Below are positions 1-13,759 of a stretch of DNA of 64,000 nucleotides, in pieces. Position numbers and translations under genes: made by a program. This DNA comes from Podarcis liolepis (taxonomy: Eukaryota). Location of the stretch: the NCBI GenBank assembly GCA_965112155.1, contig OZ218107.1; one strand, given 5' to 3'. The notes beneath the pieces are model-generated. The model had not been told where the DNA came from. It saw nothing but the letters and a program-made list of their open reading frames with translations, and did not search any database. How positions within the stretch are numbered: position 1 is the stretch's first letter; every line of letters starts with the position of its first letter.

Positions 1-1594
1 GTTTAAAATGTGAATGCCTAAATATGTATTGGTGAAAAGATTTAACATGGAGCTTTTCCATGGGGCTATATTAAAGCAAAGGAGAGCACTCTGAGCTCTT
101 GCTGAGATAATGATTAATTTACTGATTGTTGTTCTCTGGTAACATATGAGTGTTGTAACCTTAGATGATGAAGGTATTGGGTTGCAAGTATCCATTTTGA
201 AGGGAGTTGCCATTGAGTCTTTGTCTCCCAAACTTCATGGACTGAAGATGTAAATGAAGCTCTCCTAAAGGGAGGGTAAGACAATAAAGGCTGGAATGTA
301 AGCTGTGGAGAGAGAGCTTTGCTTATAGGTCTGTTTGGAATATTTCATATTTTCTAAGATGCTGAGCCTGTGCTGGACAGCACAAGACATAGTATGGATA
401 TTTTTGATGCACATTAGCTGTTTTAATTCTGTGAGAAAGTTAGTTCAGCCAGTAAAAGTTTGAATAATATTTTTATGGGTCTGGACAATTCTTCAGTTCC
501 AAAAGTAGTCAGTTTCCTTGCATGGTGCAATATTAATAACAGTAAATACATATGGGAACTTCAAAATAACTTGAACCTGTCCAAGTACAGTGAACTCACC
601 TAGCAAGGAGAAATATGCTAATGCCGAGAGAAGCTGAAAGCTTCTGTGTGCATTCTAAAAAAAAAATGTTTCTTTTTTCTGGCTCCACAAGTCTATGGAC
701 AAAAATGGATCAAAGGACTGCCTTACACAAAATACATTGCCCTGTGAATCTTACATTGAAGGCTGGTGTCTCTAGTACATTTAAAAATATATGCAGTCAG
801 TGGCAAAATGCTAGTCCCAGCTAATTCTTTTGTGATATCTGTAAAGGCAGTGTTGAGGGGGTCAGATATGATTTTCTAGATGTCTGACTTTATATGGAGA
901 TGACTATCATCATACATCCCCATTTGTATTTCTTTATCTGCCCCGTCCAGTTATGATGTGATGGCTGGATGAATAAGATGTCATTGATTTCTTGCTAATC
1001 TCACTTGCTCCTCAAAATTGTATCACTTCCATTTTGACATTTCTTCAGAGTATGCTCCCATCCCATTCTGTGCTTCTTCAATTCACTACTACATATTACT
1101 ATCCTTTTTGTAGCTTTGCTATTACTTTCCTGTCGTGTGATGATCATTTTTCCAAGAGAATTGGTTTTATGCAGTTTTTAATTTCCACATGTGGATCTGT
1201 ATTAGCATGTTTGACTGTTTTAATTTTCAGACATTCTTAGCCAATATCAGCCACAAGCAGCATGTTCAGTGGTCAGGATTTATGGGAGTTCAGTAGCATC
1301 ACACTGGGTATCCACGATTTTGGCTAATATAGAAAAGTGGTCAACATTTTATACAATTGCAGTGGATAAAATGGCTGCCACAGCAGGATTAGGGATTTGG
1401 CAAGGTGTCTTAGAAGCCTTGCTGAGTACATTGTGATTTGCTCAAGCCAGACACCAACTGTGTTTGTTCTAGTCAGTGCTTCAACACATGCCCAAAAGAG
1501 TAGGTATACATCGTTTTGCTTAGTCACATCTGAATGTTTTCATGTTTTATGTCTGTGGTGCATATAGACTTTCCAAGGCTTGACTCAAAGTAAG

Positions 1595-1770
1595 TAAAGG
1601 TAAAGGGACCCCTGACCATTAGGTCCAGTCATGGATGGCTCTGGGGTTGCAGCACTCATCTGGCTTTACTGGTCATGTGGCCAGCATGACTAAGCTGCTT
1701 CTGGTGAACCAGAGCAGCGTATGGAAATGCTGTTTACCTTCCCACCGGAGCGATACCTATTTATCTACTT
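1595..1770 (-). mobile_element. Sauria SINE, 3' fragment
   Basis: Reverse (ACCTTT)n tail taaaggtaaaggg plus gtcatgtggccagcatgactaag core. Confidence 0.88.
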
Positions 1771-3477
1771 TTCAAATGAATCAATGGCTTGTTTAGAGCA
1801 TTTTATAAAGCCAAAAGAAAAGGTCATACTTTTCCGGAGTAGCACAGTCCAAATTAGAAATATCTGTCAGAGGTACCAAAGTTTTCTCCTGTCAGCGAAG
1901 TTTGGGACATGTGTTGGAAGTAGGGATGCAAAACATCTATGTTCATTTTTTTTCTCATATTATGTTCCTGATCAGTTCCCCCCAGTAAAGTATTATCAAT
2001 TTCCTATCTCTCTCTGACCTCTATCTGCATTATTCAAATGACTCTGCTAACAAGTTGATTTTAACTTGAAAAAGGGGAATGGTTTTTGTCCCAGGACCTG
2101 ATTCCTTAGGGTCAAATACCTGGAAGGCATCTTTTTCCAAACAGGGATAAAGATGCTGTGATGATGCCATAAGCTGGCGGAGTGTGTTTTTGGCTCCAGA
2201 TAGAGCAGGCAGTGCTGTCATTGCTACATCAGTTTCCAGAGAAAGGACGTTGTTATGTTTCTGCATAACAGGATGCCAGCCTGCGTGACATGGGCTATTT
2301 CTGAACAGATTTTGATGCGACCCCTTTTCAGATTATTGAGCATGTGGCATTTCTAAAAATGTTCAGCTAGGTTGTAAAAATGAAAATAACAGCAGTCAAG
2401 GGTGTGGCCATTTTGGCATTTCCTAGAGGAACATCAAACCCAAATAAACATAGCTCAAATAAATTAAGCACATAAAAAAGCATACTAATTCTGCTTGTGG
2501 TGTTTGTCTGTCAAAAATTCTACACTGCCAATATTAAGGAAAAACACTGTCTATTTATTTATTTGTCACCTGATAGCTTCTAGGCAACTTACATTCAGGG
2601 TAAAAAAGTTAAAAACATAATGTCCATCAATAAACAAGGAAAAAAAAACAACCTCAGAATATCAAATGATAATTAAAAAGTACCATGATGGGAGAAAACA
2701 CACATATTTGTGTTTTTAATGAACTACTTGCTAAGCATTCAAGACTCTTCAGAACAAAGTGGGGTGGGGGAGGAAAGCTGGAACCCAGATAGGATGGCAA
2801 GAAGGCAACCAAACCAAGTGACAGATCGCAATCCCAGTGAATCAAACAATATGTAAATGGAGATAATCAAGAAGGATAACAGGAATGTGTGATCAAAGCG
2901 AAACACTCCCACCTATGCTCTTATACGAGTACATTAGCGCCATGCAACTGCAATAAAAGAGCCCCACAAATGTAACTTAGAATCAAAGAATATGACACCA
3001 AAGGAAAGCATGCATAATGAAGTCAGAAATCAGCTTGAAGTGCAATGACTAAGGCACCAATAATTACAAATTTCCAAAATCCAAGGACTTATTAAAATAT
3101 ATTGAGATAAACAATAAACAATATTTTATTAAGCACATTTAATAAGACACATTTGGGTTTGTAGCAAGCACAGGACAAGTATAATTTAGTTAGCTCTGAA
3201 ATAACATGGAGGGTTACATTTAGCATGAACCATATATGTATGTTACAAACAATAAACCACTAAAACCATCTGAGCTCTTCTGATTACCAAACAATGACAA
3301 AAAGGGCTACCTTTCTAATAATATACTCGCCCTCTCCCTTCATATGCAATTATAGCACCCATCCATTTACAAAGTACAGTAAATGCTTGAGAAGTAGAAG
3401 CATAGAAACTTTCCTAACTCCACCTTTATATTTACAATAAAACACATCCTAACAAAGAAATTCTTTGCATCCTCAGT

Positions 3478-4023
3478 CACAAAATTAAAAGACTCCTGCT
3501 TATTGGGACAAAGGTGATGACAAAGCTAGACAGCACCTTAAAAAGCAGAGACATCAACTTGCTGACAAAGGTCCGTATAGTTAAAGCTATAGTTTTCCCA
3601 ATAGTGATGTATGGAACTAAGAGCTGGACCATAAAGAAAGATGATTACCGAAGAATTGATGCTTTTGAATTATGGTGCTGGAGGAGACTCTTGAGAGTCC
3701 CATGGACTGCAAGAAGATCAAGCCTATCCATTCTGAAGGAAATCAGCCCTGAGTGCTCACTGGAAGGACAGATCCTGAAGCTGAGGCTCCAATACTTTGG
3801 CCACCTCATGAGAAGAGAAGACTCCCTGGAAAAGACCCTGATGCTGGGAAAGATTGAGGGCACAAGGAGAAGGGGATGACAGAGGACGAGTGGTTGGATA
3901 GTGTTCTCAAAGTGACTAACACGAGTTTAACCAAACTGTAGTGGAAGACAGGAGTGCCTGACGTGGTCTGGTCCATGTGGTCATGAAGAGTTGGACATGA
4001 CTAAACAACTAAACAACAACAAC
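3478..4023 (+). mobile_element. BovB (RTE) LINE 3' fragment
   Basis: ORF 3514-3879 has RIDAFELWCWRRLLRVPWTARRS...LEKTLMLGKIEG; (CAA)n tail. Confidence 0.95.
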
Positions 4024-4559
4024 ACAGGAATATGGAGGGTGGAAAATGTCAGTAGTATATATTTAAGATAGGATGTAGTTAATAGGATGTGGAAATGCAA
4101 TGGCTGAACTGGAAAGTCCCAGTGGGGAAAAAAATAGATCTCTGGTACTCTTGCTGTGATTCCTTTAAGGAGGCTTTCAAGGGAGGCCTTGGAAGAAATG
4201 TGCTGTGGGAAGGCTTACTAATGTATAGCACACCAATGTAATTTATTAACTAACAGAGGATGTTTACAGTAAATCAATTAGTGAATGGGAAACTGACACG
4301 TTTGCTTAAAACCACAGTGAGAGTGAGAAATGGATGTAATTTGGCACATGACCCATCTCTCCTTAGAAGCAGTAATGACAAAGGCATTAGAGTCAATGAA
4401 TGCTGAAGTTAATAGAAGTCAGTGGTTTGTAATTTAAGCCATGCAGATGATATAGGATTAATGGTCAAGCCTAGTCTACAGCTGCAAGACCTTCACAAGT
4501 AAGGGCAAACTATAAATTTGGACTTGGAATAAATATATATAGCTGACTAACCAGACTCT

Positions 4560-4914
4560 GGGACGCGGGTGGCACTGTGGGTTAAACCACGGAGCCTAGG
4601 GCTTGCCGATCAGAAGGTCGGCGGTTCAAATCCCTATGACGGGGTGAGCTCCCGTTGCTCAGTCCCTGTTCCTGCCAACCTAGCAGTTCAAAAGCACATC
4701 AAAGTGCAAGTAGATAAATAGGTACCGCTCTGGCAGGAAGGTAAACGGCATTTCCGTGCACTGCTCTGGTTCGCCAGAAGTGACTTAGTCATGCTGGCCA
4801 CATGACCCGGTAGCTGTACGCCGGCTCCCTTGGCCAATAAAGCGAGATGAGCGCTGCAACCCCAGAGTCGGTCACGACTGGACCTAATGGTCAGGGGCCC
4901 CTTTACCTTTACCT
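4560..4914 (+). mobile_element. Full-length Sauria SINE
   Basis: gggacgcgggtggcactgtgg head, (ACCTTT)n tail, TSD TAACCAGACTCT (4548-4559, 4915-4926). Confidence 0.95.
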
Positions 4915-4954
4915 TAACCAGACTCTGCCTATGGATACTCCTCAGTAGCTGGCA

Positions 4955-5112
4955 GAATAGCTCAATGGTAGATAGAGCATTGCATGCAGAAGACCATCTC
5001 CTCAGATAGGGCTGGGAATGCCTCCTGTGGAAAACCCTGGAGACCTGCTGTCGATCAGTGTAGACAAAACTAGCTGGCTTGACCAGTGGTCTGACTTAGT
5101 ACAGTATAAGTA
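4955..5112 (+). mobile_element. tRNA-derived SINE (Squam3-like), degraded
   Basis: tagctcaatggtaga...tgcatgcagaag head; cagtgtagac...gaccagtggtctgac body. Confidence 0.75.
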
Positions 5113-6048
5113 TTCCAGCTAGAAGATGTTAGGATATTTCCGTTTCACCTTAAAAAGGGGACAGGCTGTTGTGAGTCACAGCCTACATATTTCCTGCTCA
5201 CAGGAAGTTTATGTTTTTGTATATAGCTTTTGCCTCTCTCTGCACCTGGACATCGAAGCAGGCAGCCATGTTTTCTTTGTTCTGCCCAATGCTGAATAAA
5301 GTTGTAAATAATGCTCTCCTGAGTGCATCTTTCGCTGTGCGAACTCTGCTGAAAGAGCATGCACCAGCCTTGGAATGTGGCATGTTATTTCTGAGGCTCG
5401 TGTCGCTAATTGACTGATACTGTATCTACGGGAGATCGATGGATCATCCGGAGACGGCATGGGGGCATGATGGCTTTTGTCTCCCTGGCAGTATCCCAAC
5501 AGAAAACACCATATTGCATACCCTTCAACATTCCTCAGATGAAAATAAGGACATTCTATTCTACATCACTATCCTGGTCAAGGAACCACACAAAACTGCA
5601 GTATTTTAAGCTTAGAAAATTTTGATTTTATGTATTGCATATAGGGAAGCCTAGGGGGAAAAGAAAACCCCAAATCAATAAATACAACAAACTCACTCTC
5701 TCTGTGTGTGTCTGGAGACTATGTGGCGCCTATATGATTTTCAGTAGCAAATAAATATCGCAAAATCACAAAGACAAGGACTACCTATCCAGGCATTTGG
5801 ATAGATAACTATTTTTTGCACCACACTTCCATCCGTTCCTTTGCTTTTACCGGCCAAAAAATGATGCGAGCTACTTTTATTTGTTTATTGTTGTTGTTGT
5901 TATGTAGAAATGTAATAAATGGAAAACTAGGGAACAGAGCTATGTGAATTGCAAACTGAAGATTTAAGAGTGAGCAGGATTATTCTTAATCATTGCCAGT
6001 AGAGTTCTTGGTGTTGCTGGACCCTGAAAGACCAAGATTTGTAAAAAT

Positions 6049-6069
6049 TATCTATCATCTATCTATCTA

Positions 6070-6106
<37 letters not shown>
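6049..6106. repeat. (TATC)n microsatellite
   Basis: Seen directly. Confidence 0.95.
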
Positions 6107-9100
6107 GGTGTATGAACTGGGTTGTCTCACTCAGTGCTTCTCCTGCAATGCAATATTTAAACTAGAAAAGACCAGACAAAGCAGGAGGAGGTGGTGGAAT
6201 AGAGAGCAAACAAACAGCAATGTGAAATTCTGCACATATTGGCTTTCAGCTGAGACAGACTTGTAAATCTCCTTCTGAGATACCTGGAATCGTTGCCACA
6301 TGAACTGGAGTCTGGGATGCAGCTGTGGCAATGTGTAGGCTCTGTACCAGATGGGGACTTGGCTAAGGGCTTTGTATCTCGCCACCACTTGGCAGGTACA
6401 GTTGCATCTCTGAGGTCACCATGCCCAAACTATTGATTCTGGAGAAGTGTTGGAACAGTCTCATGGACATCAGAGGAGCTTTGAAACAATTCCAAATTGT
6501 TATGCTTTCCGAAGTATAAAGTCTTTAAAAAAAATAAAAAGTGCTAAGAGTGAAATAAAGGCACATTTTCTGCACTGCTGAATGTCACATTTCTATGTAG
6601 ATTTTATATGGGGTCTCTTGGACAATTGCCATAGAAGGTCAGAAGATGGAAATAGACTATCATCTTACCTGCACACAACACGTGGCAATATTCTCCTGAC
6701 CACTAGGATGAAAGACAGCACCCTGAGATAGTTGGCTGTTGATTGGCTTATACAATTGGCTTACCGAGGAGTTGTCCCCACATATGGTAAATTTAAATTA
6801 CCACTTAGCAAATGGTAGTCTGCATCCTGCCAGGAAGTCAATAAAGGATGGCTTACTCCCAGTGATTCTTGATATAAATGAGGTATCTGATATTTGAACC
6901 TTTAAAATACTGCATTAAAAGAAATTTCCTGGTTTCTTGAGTTCTCTGGAGTAAAGTTTTTTTTAATGGCCTTGATAATATTTCCACATATCATTGTATC
7001 ATAGTTATTTATTTGAACATGGCCTTCACTCACACAGTATGATTTATGATGCAAAAAAATGTAGTTTAAAGTGGTTCTCCACTGCATGGATTTCAGTGGT
7101 TCTGCCATCACCCCTGGCCACTGACTGATGAGAATTGGGGTCCAACATCTGCAAAACCTCGGGTTCCTCACCTTGCTTTGCACACAGTGCACTCCATTGA
7201 AGTTAATGGGGTTACACAGTGTATAGAATTGTGTTGTTAATTCGCTGAATACTCAGTCCAGTGCCTCAGGCAAAATTCAGCTGTTACTTTAATTCATTTT
7301 TTATCATTTAAAATAATAATAATTCTTGAAACTAGATGTGGTATAGTTTTACAGTTTAATCGTTTTATTACTTACAAAAGGGATTTTAAAAGCAATTCAA
7401 TCCAAAATGGAATACATTTGACTGAAAAGAAAAACAGAGCCAGATGAATAACTGAAACCCTCTATAAAGGAAATTAGGGGCTGTTACTGATAACTGGATG
7501 AGATTTATAAGCTGGGAGGAAACTATCAGGAGGGGGAGAAAGATAAATAATCCTCAGGTGGAACCATTAAGCAAAGATCAATTGTGACAATTGCAGAACA
7601 GCTTCCCAAAGCCCCGGCGCTATATTGCCTTTCTCCATATTAATTAAAGATAGTCAACAATTACAGCATTCAGTTGTTTGAAAAGAATCTTTATACTTCC
7701 ATTCCTGCAAATACGGCTGCTCTGAATTATATTACATTGGGGGTTTTCTTTCTTTCTTGTCCCCCCCCCTTCAACATCAGTTACATTGGGAACTTTCTTT
7801 GCACAAAATCAGGCGTCTCCCTCTGATTCTGAATTATCTTCTCTACCTCCCCAGGGATACCTGCCATGAACATTGTTCACAAGGGGCTATCTCCAGAGAT
7901 GCTCTTTTGGTTCAGGCAGCGGCAGAGATGAGAAAGGGATGGGAAACTTTCCACCCTTGAACTTCCACTCATTTAAGGTAAGATCCAAACCAATGTGATT
8001 TGCCTCCTATATTCCCAACCTGTCCTCTTCTCTCTGAAACTGAGAGCCATTCACTTATCTTCAGATCTAAAGCAAAGTTCTTAGATTAGAGCACTCGCAT
8101 GTAAAACGGATTTCATTTCTTTGGTATCAGTGGGAATAACCCATTTAAAATGCCTTCCCACACGCTGACTCTCAGGAACACATCTATTGCTGCTATAAGG
8201 TGCATTGCCACAGAAGAGCATTGACATTAGATGCTGAGGAGGTTCTGTTTGCAGCAATTAATCTGTTGCTTCATTTACGTCTTGGAAGTCATTCAACAAG
8301 CAATGAGCATGCATGTGAAAACTGGCTCTGAGGGGTCACTGGTTTCAAAGCCTTCAACAGTTTCTGAACATACCATGCCTGCATAGAGAAACGCTGGCCT
8401 GATCTTCATATGCCAAAGAGTCTATAAGTCTAGAAATGGGTGCCTATGACTTGCAGTTTTACTACACATATGTGCGACCCTTTTCATACCTTTGGGCTTA
8501 TGCCAAAAGGTCAAAAGATAGAGCTAGCAGGACATGCTATGTTGGAGAGGATGCCAGCAGTGTATCCCCTCCACAAGAGGGTTCGGTTGCCTGCAGGATC
8601 AAAGGGGAGAGGTGGTCATTGAGATGATGTCTGGCTCCAATTCCCAGCAGCCCTAGCTAGCATTGCCAATGGTCAAGGATGATGGGAGTTAACAGTCCAA
8701 CAGCTTCTGGAGGGGAACAGATTATCCACCCATGGTGCATAGAGTTGCTATAATATTCTAATTAGAAGTGGAAATTTTGTATTTTGTGGTCTTGACACAG
8801 CAACCAATAGACCCTACCATTTGCTAACAGATCAAGTCTTAGGTTCAAGGTAGAAGAAATTCAGTCTTAGACTATTGTTGCTGCAAAGACTATAGCTAGA
8901 GAAGCCAGAGTGTACATCTTTAAAAGCCTCAATAACAGATTTCCAAGTCTTGAAATGCAAAAATGCAACCCTTTTCCTTTCCTGTCTGCCTGTCGTTTTT
9001 GGGGGTTTTTTTTGAACAATCAAGTTAAACCTCTTATGAGCTGAAATCCCTTTCATAAAGCATTAGATGTTTGCTCTGAAGTTTGGATTAATGTGATTGT

Positions 9101-9852
9101 TACCATATTGTTTTTTTAAAAAATCATTTGCATTCTTATTTTTATCCCCAAATGCTTCCTTGCACATTTCAGCATCTCACGTGGATGATATATTTACTAT
9201 GTTTGGCAGATGTTATAATGTTTGTTGTGGTCTGATGCAGATTAGCAGGTTTCATTTTACTGTCATGTTCCTTTTCTACGTTGGAATACAACAGTTTTTA
9301 TTTTCCATTACAAGAAAAAGTCAATCATACCAGGAAGAAGTTTCCCCACATCATGCATAAATTTCCATATAGCACTTAGAAATGAATTTTAATGCATATG
9401 TTATTTCCATTTCATGTTCCATTTAAGAGCATGGAAACTATAATCACAGAGTTGTCTTGATTAATTTTTACTGAAATACGTATAAATTGTCATAAATACC
9501 AATTTGTACTTTGTTGTGCATTCTAATGCATTCCCCCCAGCTCCATTTGCATCAGTAAATATTTCCTGCCTTTAAAAGCCTGTCTTCTGTATAAAGAAAT
9601 TTCACTCATCCAAGTGCTTTCATGTATTGCCTTCTGCTCTGCTCATGGAAGAAAACAACGGGAGACACTTGCATTCATTATAATAGAGGGCAGTGACTAG
9701 ACAGCACTGGCTGATAGTTGGATGTTACAGCCTTTCTATGTCCTGCATGTATCCCTCTTAAAATTAAACTTTCTGAAGGCTGAATAAGTGCTAACCAGGG
9801 ATGGCTGGTGCTCACTGGGACTGGTGGGGTGGAAGCCTGGGAGACCAGCCTA

Positions 9853-9962
9853 GCCCACCTCACATGGTTGTTGTGAGGATTAAATGAGGAGGGCAAGAAC
9901 CATGTATGCCAGCTTGACCTCCTTGGAGGAAAAAGGGGAGATCTAAAGGCAGTAAATAAATC
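9853..9962 (+). mobile_element. MIR/CORE-SINE-like fragment
   Basis: cctcacatggttgttgtgaggattaaatgag matches the recalled MIR core. Confidence 0.7.
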
Positions 9963-10104
9963 AAGCAATGGGGAAATAGTACCTGCCATAGAACATAGTC
10001 AGGCACCTGTTCACCTGAATGCTGGCTCTCTGTATGATCACCTTGGCTCAAAAGTTTCCATTTTGCCCAGAAAGAATCTAAAATAGGGGATGCAGAGGTG
10101 GTGC

Positions 10105-10474
10105 AGAGGAAGCTGCTGAATTGCAACTCATTACCAAACTTAAAACCATGGAGAGACCTGGTCTGAACAAAGACATTGGATTCTTATCTCATTATACATG
10201 ACTAAGCCATTTCTCACCTTCTCACCCCTTGCCTTTTCCTGTAAGACCTATTACAGTCGTTAAGAGTCGTCAACAGGCTCATCTCAGCTATCTGCCAATC
10301 TCCCATTCCCACCACGCTTCTGAGTAATACCCCTCCCCCCCTCTCACTATATAGAAGGATCTGGCAACTTCTATTTCAGTGTATCTGAAGAAGTGTGCAT
10401 GCACACGAAAGCTCATACCAAGAACTAACTTAGTTGGTCTTTAAGGTGCTACTGGAAGGAATTTTTTTCATTTT
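10105..10474 (+). mobile_element. Penelope-like retroelement 3' fragment
   Basis: 10115-10201 encodes AELQLITKLKTMERPGLNKDIGFLSHYT* (GIY-YIG C-terminal L.T..P.GLN pattern); hammerhead motif downstream; flanking 10-bp direct repeat GAGGTGGTGC (10095-10104, 10475-10484). Confidence 0.85.
10381..10418 (+). ncRNA. Minimal type I hammerhead ribozyme motif in the Penelope-like element
   Basis: GTAT-CTGAAGA-A-GTGTGCATGCACAC-GAAA-GC-TC-ATAC: core boxes, palindromic stem II, palindromic AGCT stem III, 4-bp stem I. Confidence 0.7.
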
Positions 10475-11213
10475 GAGGTGGTGCCTGTTAGATGTTGTGT
10501 GCTACAACTCCCAACATCCCTGACCATTGGTCATGCTGCCAGGGCTGATGGGAGTTCAAGCAAATAAGAACAGGATTCTTTTGCAGTTCCTATGGACTCC
10601 TGGTGTTTGAAATGGAAAATGGATCCCTCCGTGCTTGTGTGGGAAGCCTTGAATTCACAAATGCATGGTCTCCTCCATCTCCCAAGTCACTATATAGGAG
10701 TTGGGTTGAACGTATGTGCTGGAAGCAAGTTTGTGCATGTGCTTACAACTGGGGACCAAGCGCAGAAAGGCTTCTGTTCACGCTGTAGCAGAATATAGTA
10801 GGGATTTCACTTCAGACCTTTGTGCTCCACACACAAGTGTCGTAAGAGGAGGTGGACATGGGGAGCAGGGCTGGTGTACATGCCCAACCCACCTCCCCAC
10901 TTTAAGTCAAAATGTGTTCATTCAGATGCCTGCCTAGGGCTCAAAATGATGCTATATTCCTATTAATCGGCTATTCAGACCCCTGCGGTCTTGAGTGCCC
11001 TCTTGAATACTGCAATATACACAATTAGAATCAAACATGTGCCTCCACCTTTGTCAACAAGGACAATCACCTTTCTTTTGTTCACCTTTAAAGCATCCTT
11101 CCCCAAACCACTCTCCATAGCTGGTGCGTGGTTTCAATGCCCGTTTAGCATGCGTGATTTAGCTCAGTTGTATACAATGACACGTTTGAATGCTAAGATC
11201 TGATCACAATAAT

Positions 11214-11214
<1 letters not shown>

Positions 11215-11271
<57 letters not shown>
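11215..11271. repeat. (CT)n(CA)n compound microsatellite
   Basis: Seen directly. Confidence 0.95.
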
Positions 11272-12949
11272 AAAATTCATTGAAGGACATACCTTTTTTC
11301 TGGCGCATAATCTTAAAAATGCTCATTACCTAAATGCTGCCCACTCATGCCAGTGTAGCCAGGTATAGACATAGTGTAGATTTTTTGAATTATCATTTAT
11401 TTCTGAGAAGATCCGGACCCTGTGCTGGACAGCACAAGACATTGTAGAGATGTTTTAGATGCATCGTTTGAGGCTTTTGTTACGTTTTCAAGAGTCCTGC
11501 AAGTAAAGTTTGAATAATCTTTTGATGTGTCTGGACAATGTTTTATTTCCAAAAGGAGGTAGTTCTTCTGTGTCCAGTTGCTTCAAACTGCAGGATATTA
11601 ATATCTGCAATAGATACTGTGTGATGAACTTCTGCAGCTGTATTGTGATAGTTCACAGGTGGCACTTGCAGTGTATGGTCTTGCCTTAAATGGAAGGGTG
11701 AACAGGATAGCCATTTTGTGTGTTCCAGTGCGATAATTCTCTGACTGAATAGTTCCAAGTTACATTTCACAAATTAGCAGTAATTCCAGATTATTCTTAT
11801 TTTTTACTAAGGCTGAAAAAAGGAAATGGAAGCCAATTATACCTCATTGACGGGTGTTCCTGTATGGTTGTTGTGCTTACACTAAATGTTTAAATGTACA
11901 TCTGAAAATGTATCCTACAATGTGGAGCAAAATCCACATCAGGTCTAAGGAGATATTCTAATTCCAAGGGGTGAAGGGGAGAAACACATTACCAATTTAG
12001 TTGCTACTATTCTGAGCCCTGGAGGCTTAATGTATTCCACCGTAATGGTGCATTTTCACTATATTAGTTAAGATTGGCAGCACTTTCATCATGTTCTCCT
12101 TATTATCCGAAGGTGGCAGATTTTGTGTATCATAACATTGCCATAAAAATATGCTTTTGGCTCCAAACTGAATAAGGATTGCCCTTAGAGCATAATAATT
12201 TTACAAAATTACAGGTGAAGGTAGTCCACTGGTTTGAAGTAATTTCCATGCAAAGATATGAATGGCTTTGGTGCATTTTGGGATCATTTCCTCCAAATAT
12301 ATATATGGGAACATAGGCAACAGACAAAGAAGGAGTAGTTTATGTCTAAGTTTATACATAGCAAAGGAAAGGGGTTGTAAGTAGGGTGGCAATGATGATG
12401 AGCTTGAAATTAACAAAAAATAAATAAAAACCCAGCAGAGCTGAGATGTTCAATATGAAAGTGACTTAATGACATACTTCAATCAGATTTGTTTGCATGG
12501 ATCCCTGTGGCTGATAGATTTTAAAGTATGTCATGGGTTTGCATTCCCCCTGTTTTCGCAGCTTGGGCCACAAATGTAATGCTGTTTTAACCTGAGGGGG
12601 AAACAAGACCCTTCTGATTAGATTAACGGTGTCCAGCATTAACTGGAGATATGTCAGCATTTGGAAAAGATACAGGAAACTCAGAGGGTATGCAGAGGTT
12701 AGGAAATAAGCCCTGGATAGGTCCATGAAAACTGCACTCAACACACTGAAAGGAAGTATAGCCTTATTTAGGCATCCTAATTCTTCTCGTGATGAAAGGG
12801 CACTATTGAGATAGCTTTCTTTCTTTTTCTAAGAAACATTTTGGCAATCTGTATCCTGCTTAATTGCAGTAGTCTCTAATCAGTTGCTAGTCAAAGCAAC
12901 GAAGATAAAAATCAGTTAAAACTGCGAAATCAGTTAAAATGCCTACTGA

Positions 12950-13111
12950 TATAAGACATCTGAAGGCAGTCCTGTTTCGGGAAGCTTTTAATGTTTGATG
13001 TATTATAGTATTTTAATATTCTTTTGGAAGCCGCCCAGAGTGGCTGGGGAAGCCCAGCCAGATGGGCGGGGTATAAATAATAAATTATTATTATTGTTGT
13101 TGTTGTTGTTG

Positions 13112-13158
<47 letters not shown>
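12950..13158 (+). mobile_element. L2-type LINE 3' end with (TTG)n/(TTA)n tail
   Basis: Reverse complement of the 3' end of the L2 at 19395-19958; the simple-repeat tail explains the poly-Leu ORF. Confidence 0.8.
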
Positions 13159-13160
<2 letters not shown>

Positions 13161-13413
13161 AGAGTCCTCAGCAGGTGATGGAAATTCAACAGGGAAGAGG
13201 CCTGTCTGACCTCAACTGGATGTGAGTTCCATAAAATAGGGCCCATGCGACTGAATATGCAGCTGCTGGTGTCTACGAACCATGCATTGGAGCCGCAGGA
13301 TACTATTAGCAGTGTCTTCTCTGAGTATCTCACTGATCAGACAGAGATACAATGAGTCAGACAGTCCTTAAGGTATCTTGGACCCAAGTTGTTTAGGGGC
13401 TTCTAAACTACTA

Positions 13414-13666
13414 CAGTGGTACCTCGGGTGGTACCTCAGGTTACAGACGCTTCAGGTTACAGGCGCTTCAGGTTACAGACTCCGCTAACCCAGAAATAGT
13501 ACCTCAGATTAAGAACTTTGCTTCAGGATGAGAACAGAAATCGCGCAGCGGCAGTGGGAGGACCCATTAGCTAAAGTGGTACCTCAGGTTAAGGACATTT
13601 TCAGGTTAAGGACATTTAAGAACAGACCTCCGGAACGAATTAAGTTCTTAACCCGAGGTACCACTG
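13414..13666. mobile_element. Tc1/mariner (Tigger-like) MITE
   Basis: TA|CAGTGGTACCTCGGG...CCCGAGGTACCACTG|TA; internal caggttacag repeats. Confidence 0.93.
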
Positions 13667-13759
13667 TACAAAAAACCTGACCTAGTCACATATGAGCAGC
13701 CAGTGCAAGCTTTTTAGCACTGGAGTAATGTGCTGGCAAAAGCCCACCCCCCTAAACAG

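Noticed and set aside
4560-5000. tRNA genes
   Set aside because: The A/B-box-like sequences are SINE heads; no complete cloverleaf.
12995-13225. Poly-Leu membrane peptide ORF
   Set aside because: Translation of a (TTG)n/(TTA)n LINE tail.
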